The position numbers were made by a program, and so were the translations under genes. The notes beneath the pieces were generated by a model. That model saw nothing but the letters and a program-made list of their open reading frames with translations, did not search any database and was not told where the DNA came from. This document shows positions 1 to 13,658 of a stretch of DNA of 64,000 nt, in pieces. Position 1 is the first letter of the stretch. Every line of letters starts with the position of its first letter. Origin of the DNA: Carcharhinus amblyrhynchos (Eukaryota); the NCBI GenBank assembly GCA_965287045.1, contig OZ336878.1, forward strand, positions 69,874,001-69,938,000, in the 5' to 3' direction.

Positions 1-2185
1 TTAGGTTCACAAACAAGCTTGGTTAAAGGAGAGGCTTTCAGAAAAGGCTCAAAGGAGGAAGAAGAAGTGCAGAGAAGGAATTCAAGAACATAGGGCAACA
101 CTACCAGGCATCATTCAGGACACTTTACACCTCTCTGAACATTTTGGCCTTTAATTCCTTCTGGACTGTCATGGAGATTATATGCAGTGTCAGCCAATTA
201 ATTGTCCAGATAAATCAGTGATTAATTGTTGAGCAAGGCCAGGGCTTTTGTATTTTTGTTATCCTGAATAATTGCTTAATTTTGTTCTGTTGAATTACTC
301 GCAGTGACACTTATTGCCTCAAGAGATTATCTTTGGGCCTACAACAGAAATGGTATATATAGAAATTGCAGCATGGGTAAAAGAGAACTCCAAATTTAGT
401 TTTTATATTGCCTGTTCTGTGCGAGTGCAATAGAAACACACAAGGTGGCATTGGTCTTAAATTTGGATGTCTCCTTGTAAAGTAAGCATTTTCAGGGTGG
501 TGTCAAAGATAAGTGAGGAATTTATAGTTCCTTAGCCTGCTCTTTCAGTTTATCTGTTATGTCATCTTGACTTCTGGATTCTTTTCATTAATCATCCTCC
601 TTAATGTTCCCATCTTGATAGCAGCTTAAGTGTCGCTTATGTGCATTAGTCTGTCTTGCAAAGCACTAAATGTTGTGCATGAATTTTTTTTCTTCATGCC
701 GAAGGATTTCACTAAGTTAGAGATGCCTCTTGTGAACTTTCATAATTTTCCTACGTAGGGGCTAACAATATGGGATGTCATCTGTACAAATGTTCAGGAA
801 CACAAAAAGTCATATTTGAACATTAATGCTAAGTGGGGTGTAAAGTAGCTTTTTCATGTCTACTTCTGGTTTTTGCTAGAAGGGATTAATTCAGTCAGAA
901 AATATTGGTCAAGTCAATTGGCATCTTTATTTCTCAGCCAACGTCTTTAATACATTAGCCCCTATTTTGTTGTCAAAATAACAGCAAGACTAGTGGCAAA
1001 CGACAGGTGCACATTAAACAGGGATAACTAACAGTTGCTGTCCCAGTTGCTCTGCTGCCTACCATTAGTCTCCGAACAGCAATACCCCACTCCATCGTTC
1101 CCTTTAAATGGATGGAATGTTTGAAGTTGCTATATTTGCCTGATAAATGTGATCTAAGTAGACCTCCAATTCACTTTAGATGACACGATTCAGTATTAGT
1201 TACTGCTAAATAACCTCCCTGATTTGAATATGAACTATTACAAGTCTGGAGTCCCAATCCTCCCCTTTTAATTTTTGGAGCTTTTTGATTCAATTTTAAA
1301 CTTTTGTCTTTTCTCTGCAATCTTTCTTTCCCTCTCTCTTTCTTGTTTTACACCTGATTGTCATTGAATTAATCTCCTCAGTGTTGATGCTTTAATATTG
1401 CAATCCTTTAATTTGGTTAATTACCTGCTTGGTTCACTCAGATCTCAGATACTGTGTATCCCCTGTGCTGTTGTCTCACTTTCAATAACTTGCCAAACAA
1501 AAATATAAGTGGACATGGGAAAACCTAACTAAAGGAAGACACTATTTGATAACTATGGCCCAATATTTGGCTGTAGAACCTTACTGTGGCTGTCATGTTT
1601 CCTGCAGTACAATAGTGTCTACAGTTCAAAACTACGTCATTGGCTGCAGCCTGTTTGGAATTGCCTCAGGTAGTCAGAGGCACTATATAAGCTTTTCTTT
1701 CTTTGGCAAGTGCTAAGCATTGATGGCATGAGGAAGGTGCTTGTGCATGAATACTGGAAGTATTCAGGAATAGTCTAACTGCAGACTGTTGTAGCATTTG
1801 GCATGGCAATGCAGCCGATGTAACTGAAAGATGATTATTGGTGATTATTGAATATTCCAGATGGATAGAGTAAATAGGAAAGTAGGTGATGTATTTTTAT
1901 GTTGGGCTGTGGATAGGAAGTAAGAAGGGAAAAATACCTAGTAAAATAAATAAGGATTTTTTTAACACGGAATTAACTCACCTACAGACCACCAGCTGAG
2001 AATAAAGGGAGGAAAATTTGACAATGTGTATGGGTCACCAAAAACTAGTGCACAGGTACAAGTAATTGCAAAGGCTACATTTGCCATTTTCTCAAGGAAG
2101 CAGAGGGGAAATTGTACATAACCATTGTCAGACCCCATCTGGAGTACAACATTTTGATTTTGGGATCTAAATCTTTAAAGTTAAA

Positions 2186-2590
2186 AACGTACATTTATAT
2201 TGCACTTTTCCTAATGCCAGGCGACCTCATTTCAGACAAAGTACTTCTGAAGTCTTATCACAATTTTAATATTAAGAAATGCAGCAGCCAGTTTGCATAC
2301 ACACAGTCCCACAAACAGCATTATGATGATGACCATTTAATCTGCTTTTGTGAACAGTGGTTCAGGATCCATATTGAGTAGGCCAGTGGGGAGTTTCCCC
2401 TGCCCCTCTTCCGAGAGTATTTTCGATCATTTGTGTCCAGCTGAGATGAGTGTGGGTTTAATGTCTGAAAAACTACATCCCTGACAGGATAGCTTTTCTT
2501 CTGTACTGTAGTTGAAGCTAGCTTATGTGCTCAAATTTCAAGACTGACTTGAATCTGAGTCTGGTGAGAATGCCACCACTGAGCTAAGGC
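2186..2590 (-). mobile_element. Deu-domain SINE, decayed
   Basis: Reverse-complement similarity to 9150-9500; similar decayed copies at ~49095-49430 and ~55413-55800. Confidence 0.6.
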
Positions 2591-2601
2591 TTGTTGTGCC
2601 A

Positions 2602-2950
2602 TCAAACCAGTCCCCCATCCATTGACTCTGCTGCCTCGGCAAAGCAGCCAGTGTAATTAAGGACCTCACGCACCCCGGACATTCTCTCTTCCACCACCTT
2701 CCTTTGGGAAAATCTCAAAAGCCTGAGATCAAGTATCAACTGATTAAAGAACAGCTTTTCCTTGCTGCTGTCAGATTTTTGAATGTACTTAACCTGCATT
2801 AAGTTGATCATCCTCTACACCCTATGACTGTAGCACTACATTCTGCACTTCTTCATTTCCTTCTCTACGAACGTATGTTTTGTCTGTATGGTGCGCAAGA
2901 AACAATTTTCACTATGTTAGTACGTGTGACAATAAAAAAGTCAAATCGAA
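2602..2950 (+). mobile_element. Rex1/Babar-like LINE 3' end
   Basis: Encodes decayed CLGKAASVIKDLTHPGHSLFHHLPLG...LKNSFS; 3' end gtgtgacaataaa. Confidence 0.75.
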
Positions 2951-3989
2951 TGAGTTGAAGTGCAGGTTCAATAAACATACCAGAACTTGAACCGTTAAAT
3001 TACAAAGGCAGGTTTCGTAAACCTGGTCTGTATTCCCTTGAGTTTAAGTGGATGCGGAATGACTTGATCAGACACGTGAAGGGATTCAGTAGGGTATTTA
3101 CCTCGCTATTTTTTTCTGGAGGGGGAGTCCAGAACAACAGATAAACTTAAAATTAGAGTTGGGCCATTTACGAGTAAAAATATGAAGCATTGGAGTGGAA
3201 ATCTTAACTCTCTAAGAAACTGGATGCTGAGGAAATTGAAATTTTGAAGGTAGATATTTTCAATAGCTAAACATTTAAAGTTGCATGCAGTTGAGGTACA
3301 GAACTGCCATGATCTAAATGGTTGATCTGGTTCACGAGGGTAAACAGCCTACTCGTTCCTGTTGCGTTTCTGAAATGGAATGGACTACTTCGCAAAAGAT
3401 GAAGCCAAATGTTAAATTTAATGTGAATTGGGATTCAATACTGGAGACAGCTGACATCCAGATGCTCTGTTTTGAAAAGTCAAACTGTAAAGACAGATGC
3501 AAAATATTTAAACAGGTTAATTTCTAAGCAAATACAAGGAAATGTGAAATTAGAAATGAAGATGAGCTTGTTTCACTACTTTGAGTAGCAGAGGATGATG
3601 TCTGGTGCAGGCTCCTGCACCAGGATCCCAATTTACGTTAGGAAGCCAGACGAGACCCCAACAATTTTTCTATTTTGGCATAAGTGTGTGGAAAGCGTGC
3701 TTCACTTCAGGGTTGATTAAGCTGACAAAATGGGGATCTTTTATAGTAAAACAAACTTTTTATTAACATTTTAAATATAACATAATTGAAGCAGCTTAAC
3801 TATTAACATTGAACAATGCTTTAAAATGAAAGGAAGCAATTTTACTTTCTATTCTGACTGTTTCAGTTCCAAACAAGCAACATTCTTCTTAGAGACTTGA
3901 ATGCTGCTTCAAATACAGTTAGCAATCATGAATGTACTTGCTGTAAATTGTTAAGTCTTGAAGTCCTGGAGCTGAGAAAAATCTCATAG

Positions 3990-4340
3990 AATTTGATAGG
4001 TTTCTAACAGGGCTAGGGTATATGTAAGTAGGATGTTCCCGATGGTGGGGGTATTTAGAACCAGGGGTCACAGTCTGAGGATACATAGTGAACTGTTTAG
4101 AAGAGATGAGGAAAACTTTCTTTACCTAGAGTGTGTTCAACCTATAGAAGTTGCTACCAGAGGAAATTATTTTTATGCTTCTAAGGAGTTGATATTGCAC
4201 TTGGGGCAAAGGGGTACAGAGAGCTTGAGGGGGGGAAGGCAGGATCGAGCTACTGAGTTGATGATCAGCCAGTAACCTAATGAATAATAGATTAGGCTCA
4301 AAGGGCAGAATTGCCTCCTGCTTCTATCATCTGTTTCTGT
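3990..4340 (+). mobile_element. Old CR1 3' fragment
   Basis: MFPMVG..RTRGHSLRI motif and tail gatgatcagcc...gctcaaagggcagaattgcctcctgcttct. Confidence 0.7.
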
Positions 4341-7300
4341 GAATATTTCTTGAAATGTTCTCAAAGCTGCAACATGTCCCACTGACGGAGTCTAAGGAGA
4401 TTTCAGAGTTTTACAAGAGGCTTGAAATAGCTCAAAACAACAAACCACTGGGGATGAACAGTATCTCCTGAATTTAGCGAAGCTAGGAATGAAAACTGGG
4501 AAGATGTGCAGTTGCCATAAATGAGTTTGAGTTGGTGTTTAAGGAAGTACCATCTCAGATGGATGGTGGAAAACCATGGGATATGTTAATGTCTTCAAAA
4601 TTCCTTCAATACCGACAGCTGCTGAGGGCAAACGACTGGAAAAGTAGGGATCTTCAATTATGAAGCTGTTGATTGAAGGCATTGTGCAAGATGGCTGGTA
4701 AGTTGGTTTTAGTTTAAGATGCCGAAATACTAGAAGGTGAGCATAATTTAAAACAAGTGAAAAATAAATTGAGGGCAGATGGAATGAAGAAATTATCTAA
4801 AAGCACATCCAAACTCAAAATGGTTTGGCAAGTAGGGCAGTTTGGCCATGATCTTATTGAATGGCAGAGCAGACTCGAGGCTTACCTCTAATTTGTATGT
4901 TCGTGTATGTAGATAAAATCTTTGAAATCATTTGGCATTCCATTTGATGACAGAATTTTGGGTCCTTTATTGTCTGGATTGATGAACAAAAATGTAGAGA
5001 ATCAAGTCCCTTGTTTGTATTTGCAGGTTTTTTTACATTTGTACAACTGTTTTAGGTTATGATATTCAATATCCTTGCTCCACAAATATTTTGACTTCTG
5101 TATAAAGCTGAATCCTCTTTAATATGTTAATGGAATCTGGTGATTAACTTCAATTTTCAACTTAAGCAGCCTTAAACTGTTCATGAATTATTAGTCATAA
5201 TACTATTCAATTTTACTTTAAACTAAAATGCCAGTTTCTTGGTTTTCTTCCTTTCAGTTTCTGTCTGTGTTCAATGATATGGGTCCATCCTTAAGCTTGC
5301 CTTGAAGCACAAGCTGTCTTTTTTGTTTTCTTTTAACCTAAGCTAGCCTGTCTAAAATGAGCAGAAAATGCAGATCGGGTTGCTTTAATGGGGAGAATGG
5401 AAAAATTACCGTTTTTAGGTGAAACATTAACTTTCTCAGCAAATGCTAGTTAACCTGTTCAGTGTTTGTGTTTTATTTTGTCTTCAGATTTCCAGATGTT
5501 TTTGCTTCTAGTCTGTTTATGTATAATTGCTGGTATTTTTAACTGGCAATGTCTATATCTGAATATCAAAACGCTTCAAACAGGTAAATTGTGTTTATTT
5601 TACATTTCCATCAAAATTTGACACCTCTTTTAATCCTGATTCAGGCCTTCAATATCCCCATGTTGGAGTTCCCACGAGGACCCGTAGTATAGGTCATTCC
5701 TTAATATTTCCTCAAATGGTCTTCCAAGCTTTGAAAGCTCAAAAATAATTCTAAATACAGAAGAGATTGTATTTGGCCTTGGCGACTGACTCCAGGTTTA
5801 CAGTTTACAAACCACAGAAATTCCTGGCCTAAGAATTCCAAAGGTCAACTAATTCCATAACCCCTCTATGATGTGGGGCATTTAAGTGATTAATTACAGT
5901 TAATTGTTATGGTGCTGTACAATATAAATATCAGTTTCAAATCAATAATAGGTTTGATGCTATGCTTTTGCAATAAAAATTTCAAAATGATATTTTTGTT
6001 GAGTGCCATCGCTCAGTCTTTCACTCATTTGTGAATCTGATTTGACTTGAATTCTAGGGAAAAAGTCGTTGAAATTTCTCCAAAGAAAATTGAGGTGCGG
6101 TTAAGATTACGGCACTCCAAAAGTTGATGCTAGTTTGTAGCATGTATTTTATGTTCAGAATTTTCTTGTAGCAGATTTTAATTGAATTCTCGGCCAGTGG
6201 GCTCATTTAAAAATGTTTAAACGCTACTGTGCTGGAATGTTTAAGTATGCAAGCAAACTGCCAACGGCATCCATTTATGTTTTGTACTAAATCTAGTTTT
6301 GTCTAAAAGGTAAATAAATTTTATGGTTTGGGTAAATATTAAGAAAATACTATCTTGCACTTGGACAACATTCAAAGCAACTGATCATCTTGCCTCTAGC
6401 TGCTTAAAACCTCTTATTTCCCATTCTGTGGTTTTTATTAATGGAAACATAATGAACAAATGTAAATCTGCTTGCATTTATTCACAAAATTATACCACAT
6501 TGTTGGAAGTCTGAGATGACGGCGGGGTTCTGCAATCTTGTTTGAATAATGGTACCAATAATCTGCTATTTCAAATGGTGCAATTGAACGATTTGAGAAA
6601 GAAGCAGAGTTCATGGACAGAAGAAAATTGGGTCAATTAAAGTCAGTTTGGATAGATAAAGGGAAAGAAATATAAGAATGGGGGGCGGGGGGGGAAGAAA
6701 AGACAAGAAAATTTAAAATATCTCATTGCAATTTACCACTTGCTGGAGTGAACCTCCAGAGTTTTAATTGTTCCACTGTTGGATCTCCAAGGACGGGAGC
6801 AACATAAATATCCCCATTTAAGTGTCCTTGTATTGTGCAGTACAAGCTCTAAGTTTCTAAGATGGGTTTAATTCATATTTAAGGTGCATATCCAGCAATT
6901 TCTTAACTCTCAGGAATGTATAAGTAATACAAATTCCCTTGCAATTTATGGCACATCAGCTGCTTGTCACAAATTGTAAGGAAGAAAGTCTACTGCTTTA
7001 CAACCATTGAATTGCATTTTTTTCTTGACATGCATTCATTTGCAAATTGAGCTCTACTTCTAGTGAATTTTGGGTTATTTTAAATCACCGTGAATGATGA
7101 TGTAAGAATTAATGCAGACTTTCAGATAGCAGTACTTGCCTAGAACTTACAGCTCTACCAGTTTTCTGCTTCATGTAAGTCTCTTCCTAGCCTTATTGCA
7201 TCTATTTCTATTCTTTCTATTCCTTCCCCACTTCATTTTCCTAACTTTCCCTTTAAAGTCATCTGTGCTATTCAGCAATCTTGTATTTCCTCTTTACTTT

Positions 7301-7976
7301 TGGTTTGATTTTAGTAGTTTGAAAATTTGTGGTTCTGTTTAAAACTGACTGTGTTCAAGCATTTAATGAAGATACAGGGAAATCAGAATATTACTCACTG
7401 TAGAACATGACCTGGAGGGAGCAGGGTTGCTTTTAATCTTTCATGTAGATTTATCAGTAAGCCTGAACCCCCTTCATTTTTTTTTGTATTTAATAAGCAT
7501 TATGCTGCCATGTATAGCAACCATCCATCCAGGTTTCTGTGCAGAAGTTCAACTTGATACACAAGACTGGAGTAAGTAATCCAATCCTATTTAAGAAATT
7601 AATAAATGTCATACCTGTAAATTGAACAAATGTACCACTGAAAATCTTAGTGTAGCTTTCATGTAATTTGTGCATTGCTGCTGAAATTTGTTTGCATCTT
7701 CCTTGGTGAGCATGATGGAAATAGGAGGATAACATTTTCTTTCATTGAGTACATATAATTCCTGGAACACCCCCTGCTTCTGTATTATACAGGGCTGCCT
7801 TTTATTCAAAATAAAATCTGTGTGAGTTAAAGGCAAACTTTTATTCTAGTTCTTGATATGACTTGAGCACACTGATTCTTCCACTCCCAAGGATGCAGTT
7901 TCCCTCTGTTAAAGGAAGCAACCGGGAAGCAAGTTTTAGATAAGAGTTATCCAGCAGCGCATACTCTTTGCATGCT

Positions 7977-8655
7977 TTTATTTGTTCATTCAAGGGATGT
8001 GGGCTTCACTGGCTAGGTTGGCATTTATTGCCCATCCCTAATTACCACTGAGAAGATAGTGGTAAGCTACTTTCTTGAACTGTTGCAATCCAGAGGTGTA
8101 AATATACCCACAGTGCTGTTAGGGAGGGAGTTCCAGGATTTTGACCCAGCAATGTTGAAGGAATGACAATATACATTTAAGTCAGTAGTGAGTGGCATGT
8201 CTCCAAGTGTTTGCTGTCCTTTGTCCTTTGAGATCGTGGTGGCCAGGGGCCTAGAAAGTGCTATCTGAGGAGCTTTGGTGAGTTCAGGCAGTGCATATTG
8301 TACATAGTACATGCTGCTACTACTGTGTTTTGGTGGTGGAGCTAGCGAATGGCACCCAATCATAAACATTCAAATAGGTTGCTTTGTCCTGGACGGTGTT
8401 GTGTTTTTGGAGCTGCACTTATCCAGGTATGTGGAGAGTATTCCATTACACCCCTGAGTTGTATCCTATAGTAGTGGGTAGGCTTTAGGGAGTCAGGAGG
8501 TGATTTATTCACCACAGGATTCCTAGCCTCTGACCTGCTCTCGTAGCTACAGTATTAATATGGCTACTCCAGTTAAGTTTCTGGTTAATGGTACCCTCAG
8601 GATGTTGATTGTGTGGTCTTAGCAATGATAAAGCTATTGAATGTCAAGGGGTGAG
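7977..8655 (-). mobile_element. LINE 3' fragment (same family as 29405-32350)
   Basis: Shared segments gcatttattgcccatcccta, gggagttccaggattttgacccagc, cctagcctctgacctgctc. Confidence 0.85.
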
Positions 8656-9149
8656 TTTCTGCTAGTTTATCTCAACTAGGAATGGTATTGAATATGTGCA
8701 GTATTTCAAACAGCTCCTCATTCAAATTATCTTTAAATACTAATAATTTTAGTGCACATGTTGACGCTGGCCTTTGGGGCTTTGTATAACCAGAGCAAAA
8801 TTAGCTTAAAAGATCTTGACTTTAAACTGGACAGCTCTGAATCATTTATTTGCATACACCCTGCTGAAAACTTTACATTTTTGTGGCAGTAGGTGGTAAC
8901 TGGAATGCAGTAAATATGATACACTTGTTGTTTGTACTTGAATAATAACTATACAAACTTCTTGCACTAACATTTTTTTCAGTCATCATTCAAGATGTGT
9001 ATTTTAATTTCTTTATATAATTTTCCTGTAATGCATGCCACTCCCAGCCTGAAGGCAGGAAGGAGCCCACACACCCATATCTGTCTTTGAAACAGCTTGG
9101 ATCTGAGAGCCAGAGAGCATCCATGTGTTCCTCACGCATTATGGCAATA

Positions 9150-9500
9150 TCAGCAATGGTTCAACTGAGCATTCTCCTTTTGAGTCACAAGGGTCTGGGT
9201 TCAAGTGCCACTCCAGTATAGAAATCGAAGGCTGATACTCCAGTGCAGCACTTGAGGGAGTGCTACAGTATTGAAGGAGCCGTCCTTTGGATAAGACACT
9301 AAACATATCTTGGGTGGATTTAAAAGATCCCATGGAAATTTATCAAAGGGCAGGGGAAATGTCCCCACTGTCCTAACCAATGTCACAACAGATTATCTGG
9401 ATGTTATGCTTTTTGAGAGATTTTGCTATGCTCAATATTTCATTGACAGTAAAGCACTTTGAGACATCTAGTTCTGCAAAGCTATATAAATGCGATTTTT
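9150..9500 (+). mobile_element. Deu-domain SINE (SacSINE1/AmnSINE-like)
   Basis: B box gggttcaagtgccactccag, core ccagtgcagcacttgagggagtgct, aaagatcccatgg, tail aaagcactttgagacat...gctatataaatgc. Confidence 0.75.
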
Positions 9501-11475
9501 GCTTTACTGGCATGGTGTCCGAAAATGGCTTGTTCTGTGCCAACCATGTTATTTTAGTGTTGCTTAAGTCTTTTTCAGTTGCTTGCATCCGTTGGATTAT
9601 ATGTCATATGATTAGTTGTCATTGGCGGTCTGTATAACGTTCTTCACCATGGAAGTAATGAATTCACGTTTACAATACTATGCAATGAGCCAATCCTTTG
9701 TTATTGATAACAGCCATTGTCCACCAGCAATGAGCAATAAAAACTTCACTTCCTTTATTTGAAATTTCTCTTGTCAGATCTTCATGACAAAAAAGAGTCA
9801 TTCAATCTGTTAAGATGTAGAATGGGAGACAGCAGCAGAAATAAAACCGTATCTAGTTCCTCATGAATTCTTCCCCCCGCACTCCCACCCCCACACCAGT
9901 AAAGGTGGCAACATGTGATTGATTGAGCTTAGTTTCTTACGGAACTAACATTTGCCTAGTAAATGCCGAATCAACAATTCTTCATATCAAAGAACAGCTG
10001 AATGTCTTTAGGATATTTTGTCCATGTGACCTTAGCAGTTAAGCTTGGTGTTATCCTGGTTAGGTGTCCACAAAGGTCCTCAGAGGTTAAAGTAGAAGAT
10101 ATAGGTATAGGGGACTATGCAACTAGGGATTGGATCCTGGTGTGTGGTGCAGTTACTAAATCCCCAGCTGTTCTGTTGACTTTTCTGTGTCCTGCTTCTG
10201 ATGTAGCATTTTCCTTAAATTGTTTCTAACTTTGAATAAATTACAGTTTAATTAGATACCATACATAGAATTATTTCGTTTGGTTTCAACCTTTCTAATA
10301 TCACTTATCACATTTGTCAAAAAGGGTATTGAATGTGGATTTGGAATCAGAGCAGCAAATAAACATAAACCTGGGTCCTGAATATTTAAATGCAGTTAGC
10401 TATACTGGGTTGCCTTGTTTTCAATTTAGTATTTCTTGTGGTTGCACGGCTTTTAATTGTAAGTTTGGTTTGGTAGATTTTGAATTAATCATCCGAACGG
10501 CTTGGAGCAATTCTGGTCACCTGAGCTATGAATGAGCTACACAAAAGGTACCATTCAGAAAGCTTATTTAGCTAACTACTTCTTAATTTTGATTTTTTTT
10601 GTCTTGTTCTATTCCATGTTAACAAAATCCATTCTGTAAAACTGTCTGAAATGGTTACCACAGACTTGGGTAATGAGCAGCAATGTCATATGTCAGTAAT
10701 GATTTGCCAGAGTAGTGATGAGTAATTTTAACACACCACCATCTCCATCTCACTAAACATAAACTTGCAGATGGCTTTGAGTTTATAAAGACACTGAGGG
10801 ATATCTTCTAAGTTTAACTTTGTTTTGGCAAAAATCCTCAACCGACGTCCTATGTTTTAAATTGGTTTTTATCAACTTATAGTTTAAAAATGAATTTACT
10901 GAGAGAATTTGTGTAAATTGCAGCTTTAACTAGGATTTAAAACGAGCCACCTAGCAATCAGGCACCAAAATGGTTAGTAACGGAGTGCAAATGTACCTAC
11001 GGTGTCATTGACCAAAATGGCCACGTATAATGTGAATACATTTTGGTAGAATAGCTCCCTGTGCACTTTGATAGCAAGAATGCTACCTTCCTCAATTTGT
11101 GGTGGTTTCAACTATGAAGGTATCGTGCAGCAAAAAAGAGACCAAATCATCTCGCTACCCCTCCTTCACCACCCGCCCCAAAAATTTTTGAACCTGCCAA
11201 ACTATTAATTTGGTGACTTTACTTTGCCAATGGGAAATAATTTCTTCTTTGACCCCTGAAGACATTAGACCTGCAATGAACAATAAGGTGGTGTATACGT
11301 TTTTAAGATTCATCCGTGAAGCCTGGGTGTTGCTGGCTAGGCCAGCATTGATTTCCCCATCTCTAATTGCCTGTGAAGGTGGTGGTGAGTTGCCTCCTTA
11401 AACCATTGAATTCCATCCGTTGTTGTAGGATTTTGACCCATTAACAGTGAAGGAATTGTGGTATTGTTCCAAAAA

Positions 11476-11712
11476 CGGTGGCACAATGCTTATCACTCCT
11501 GGATTCAATTCCCAGCTTGGGTCACTGTGTGGAGTTTGCAAGTTCACTCTGTGTCTGCATGGGTTTCCTCTCTCATTCTGGAAGGTGTGCTGGTTAGGTA
11601 CATTGGCCAGAATAGCTGTTGGAATGTGGCGACTAGGGGATTTTCACAGTAAATTCATTGCAATGTTAATGTAAGCTTTATTTGTGACTAATAATTAAAC
11701 TTTATAAACTTT
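11476..11712 (+). mobile_element. HE1-related SINE with alternative 3' tail
   Basis: HE1-like head and core followed by gtggcgactaggggattttcacagta...tgtgactaataattaaacttt. Confidence 0.8.
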
Positions 11713-12120
11713 TAAAGTCAAGGATGGTAAGTGGCTTGGAGGGGAACTTCCCAGTTGCCGTGTTCCCATGTGTATGCTGATCTGATCCTTTTAGTTATAG
11801 CCATTGTGGCTTAAGAAGGTGCTATCTAAGGAGGCTTGATGTGTTCCTGCATTGCATCTTGTGGGTGGTGTACACTACTGCCACTTGTGTGTCAGTTGGA
11901 GGAAATAAAGGTTTGGGGATGGGGTGACAATCAAGTGGGCCACTTTGGCCACATGGCGTCAAGCTACTTGTGTTGTTGGAGTTACACTGTCCAGATGAGT
12001 GGAGAGCAATCCATCGCATGCCAGATTTGTGGCTTTTGCATGGTGAACAGACTTCAGGGCATCTAGAGGTGAGTTACAGGAATCCTAGCCTCTGACCTGC
12101 TCAGGTAGCCAATGTTTATA

Positions 12121-12455
12121 TGGTGGCATAGTGGTCAGTACTGCTGCCTCACAGCACCTGCTTCCCAGCTTCAATTGTGGCTTCAGGTGCTTGTATGGAG
12201 TTTGCTCATTCTTCCCATGTCTGCATTAGCTTTCCCCAGGTGCTCTGGTTTCCTCCACAATCCAAAAATGTGTAGCTTGGGTGGATTGGCCATGCTAAAT
12301 TGCTGCTTAGTGTCCCAAGATGTGTAGGTTAGATGGATCAACCATGGCAAATGTGCAAGGTTACAAGGATAGGGCAGGGAGAGGGCCTGGGTAGAGAGCC
12401 AATGCAGACTCAATGGGCCAAAAGGCCTTTTCTGCACTGTAGTGATTCTGTGATT
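12121..12455 (+). mobile_element. HE1-type SINE
   Basis: Same head, core and tail as 22079. Confidence 0.85.
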
Positions 12456-13032
12456 TGATGGCTCATCGAGTTCAGTTTCTGGTCAATGGTAGTCCCCAGA
12501 ATTTTGATATTGGAGGCAGCATTCACTTTTATTACCTACTAGTAGATTGACACTTGTAACAAGTCAGGTGATTTGATGTCCTAAAATAATAGGAGCATTG
12601 TACCATGTAATTCACAAATCTCTTCTGCAGCTCTGTTTAGAGTTTCCTGTGGTTTGTGAGAGAAATATGCAAATTGGCGTGTGCCTTTAAAATTGTTATT
12701 TCTGGTTAGTGGAGAAGGAGTATTTTAGTATGTGTTTTTATATAATACATTTGCAGCCAAATGGCTTCTGTGACTGTAGTGATGCTTATTTTGGACTGGC
12801 TGCCAAAAGACATGACTTAGTAAGCGTACTGGCTATAATAAAAACAAATGTTGAAAATAATCTGTATTAGCTACCTGTTGCTTCCCACTGGCAGGGTAGC
12901 AATGACTATTCTTATAGTAAATGGTACCGTTTTCAATTTTTGAAGGGAAACAACCTTGAAAAAATATCTCGCTGCCGGAAAGAATGCACAATTAGGAAAT
13001 AAGAATCCAAAATGCAGTGCTTTTCAGTGTTA

Positions 13033-13658
13033 CCTCCACTATCAACAATCTGGGATTACCATTGTCATGGCTAGTCCAGTTCAGTTTCTGGTCAATGTTT
13101 TGGCTACAAGAGCAGGTCAGAGACTAGGATTCCTGTGGTGAGTAAGTAGCCTCCTGACTCCTCAAAACCTGTCCAAAAATCTACAAGCCACAAGTTGAGT
13201 GCAATGGAGTACTCTCCACTTACCAGAAAAAAGGAGCCTGCTTGATTGCTACCCCTTGCACAAACTTTCAATTTCTCCACCACTGATGAACAATGGCAGC
13301 CAAGTGTACCATTCATGATTCATTGCAAGAACTCACCAAGGTTCTTTAGATGGCACCTTCCAAACCCACGATTACTACTATTTAGACAGGAACAGATACC
13401 TGATAACACCACCACCACCTAGAGGATCCCCCTCCAAGTCACTCACCACCCTGACTTGCAAATATATTGTTATTCATTAACTCTTGCTGGTCAAAATCTT
13501 GCAACTCCCTCCTTAATAGCACTGAGTGTACTTATACCTTAAGGACTGCAGGGCTTCAAGACGCAGCTCACCGTCACTGTCTCAAGGGTAATTAGGGATG
13601 GGCAATAAATGCTGTCTAGCCAGTGACGTCCACATCCTGTACGTGAATTAACAAAAAA
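13033..13658 (+). mobile_element. LINE 3' fragment, sense orientation, with short A tail
   Basis: Reverse complement of the 8.0-kb family; ends gggcaataaatgctg...gaattaacaaaaaaa. Confidence 0.82.

Larger units (their letters stand above)
11306..12515 (-). mobile_element. LINE 3' fragment interrupted by two SINEs
   Basis: Family sequence resumes at ~11713 and ~12458 after the SINE insertions. Confidence 0.8.
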
